DNA from: Geosiphon pyriformis uo1
Taxonomy: Eukaryota; Fungi; Glomeromycota
Assembly (NCBI GenBank): GCA_016748015.1
Contig: JAAOMT010000299.1
Coordinates: 420,470-430,524 of the forward strand
DNA length: 10,055 nt
Direction of reading: 5' to 3'
This document shows, in pieces, positions 8,825-10,055 of this stretch (position 1 is the first letter of the stretch; the number at the start of each line of letters is the position of its first letter). Made by a program: the position numbers and the translations under genes. The notes beneath the pieces were generated by a model. The model was not told the DNA's origin. It worked only from the letters and a program-made list of their open reading frames with translations, and made no database searches.

Positions 8825-9280
8825 TATTTCAATGTTTGATTTAATAATAACCATTTTTTTTATCAAAGAATCGCATTTAATCTAAATCTTGATTTTTTTT
8901 TGTAGTTGCATTTAATATTACTTACCAAAAATTTATTTCTTATGTTATGATTTTTTTTATCGTTAAAAACAAAATTATCATGATATTATAAATATAAAAT
9001 AAAAATAAATAAATAAATAAATTATTATATTAAAAATAAAATATAAAAATTATTCAAGATAAAATAAATAATAATAAATTTATTTTTAAAAATTAAAATT
9101 AATCTCAAGAGTAAAAAAATAAAATTGTAAATATTTAAAATTTCAATAAAATTTTTTTTTTTTTAAAAAAAAAAAACACCAATAAAAATAAATCTTTGAC
9201 AATAATAAGTTAAAAATAGAAAATTTAATTTTTAACTCAAAAACGTATTCTATTAAAAATTCTTTATATTGAAAGACAAA
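8100..9280. other. Extremely AT-rich non-coding block
   Basis: No ORF in the track, dense A/T tracts, strongly A-biased from about 8965. Confidence 0.8.
8782..8828. repeat. (TTA)~15 microsatellite
   Basis: Near-perfect array with one cta variant. Confidence 0.95.
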
Positions 9281-9289
9281 ATAAAAGAA

Positions 9290-9757
9290 TCAGAATTTTT
9301 TAAAACAAGCAAATAGTTCATAAAAAGCCACGCGTGATTGGAACTGACGTTTGCAACAACAACAAAAATGCAATACATTTTTAAAAGAAAAGTCAATGCA
9401 ATAATAAATGGTTTCATTATTCATTCTTGTCATTATGGACGCACCCCACCAAGGATAAAGTTGATCTATTCGTGGCAATATTGAAAAACTATTGAATGGG
9501 TAATTCCCGGTTAAACAATTCATTTATTCACTCGCCCACTGTTTAAAAAATTTGAATTTCAATCGGAAGATAACTTTAAGAAAAAAACAACCATTCTTTT
9601 CTCTACCGGTTCCATTAAATTATATCCTTATTATCGACTCATATTGATTCCTAATATAATAAAAGCATAAGCCTTGTAGATTATTGTCTAAATTTTACAT
9701 ACAGCTGCTAACTCCATTGTTATTAGGTTTTACTGAAAAAGATGGTGGCTGAAAATA
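9290..9757 (-). pseudogene. Stop-poor reading frame containing the 77-aa ORF 9523-9290; exon(s) or decayed gene
   Basis: 156 codons with only three internal TAA (9697-9695, 9622-9620, 9526-9524). GC is higher than in the adjacent 8100-9280 block. No family recognised. Confidence 0.25.
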
Positions 9758-10055
9758 CTATCATAACAAATCAAATATAACTTGATTTTTAAATTTAGTA
9801 ATTTTTTAAGTGTAGCCTCAAATTAATTGCTTAGGCATGATCAATTCCTAATCATACAGACCACATTATTATTATATATGCTCGCAGATTTCGCGCTGCG
9901 ATCGTGGTTTAATACGCATTTCGATTTCCGGAAAAACTAATTCTTTTCAAGTGATGATTTACATATGAAGTCTTATTGATGGTTTATGAATCGAAGTAGT
10001 TTGCGTTTAGCCGATTTTCATAAATGCTACACTAGACCAGTAATTCTCAAAAAGG

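Noticed and set aside
9560-9600. NGCFFLKVIF resembling the E2 ubiquitin-conjugating GGxFxLxIxF strand
   Set aside because: The following YPxxPP, HPN and catalytic Cys motifs are absent.
1-10055. Reassignment of all three stop codons as a global explanation for protein-like interrupted frames
   Set aside because: The one clear CDS uses only standard codons for Gln, Glu and Trp over 208 codons, and no conserved protein is present to anchor a reassignment.

Overview
Very AT-rich (roughly 20-25% GC by eye), microsatellite-dense DNA with long A/T homopolymers and (AAT)n, (GAT)n, (CAA)n and (GAAAA)n arrays. It looks like eukaryotic nuclear sequence of the AT-rich protist or early-diverging fungal type, but the taxon cannot be assigned from this window. 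Only one coding region is well supported: a 208-aa, highly acidic, probably disordered protein at 1579-2205 (+) with no recognisable domain and two acidic FxxL (AIM/LIR-like) motifs, possibly with a short spliced upstream exon. Three GC-richer islands (about 2200-2740, 7370-7770 and 9290-9760, all minus strand) have stop-poor reading frames that may be spliced exons or decayed genes. The rest is simple repeats and two extremely AT-rich blocks. I saw no rRNA, tRNA, CRISPR array, transposase or operon, and I cannot support a claim of a new biological system. The findings below are leads only.
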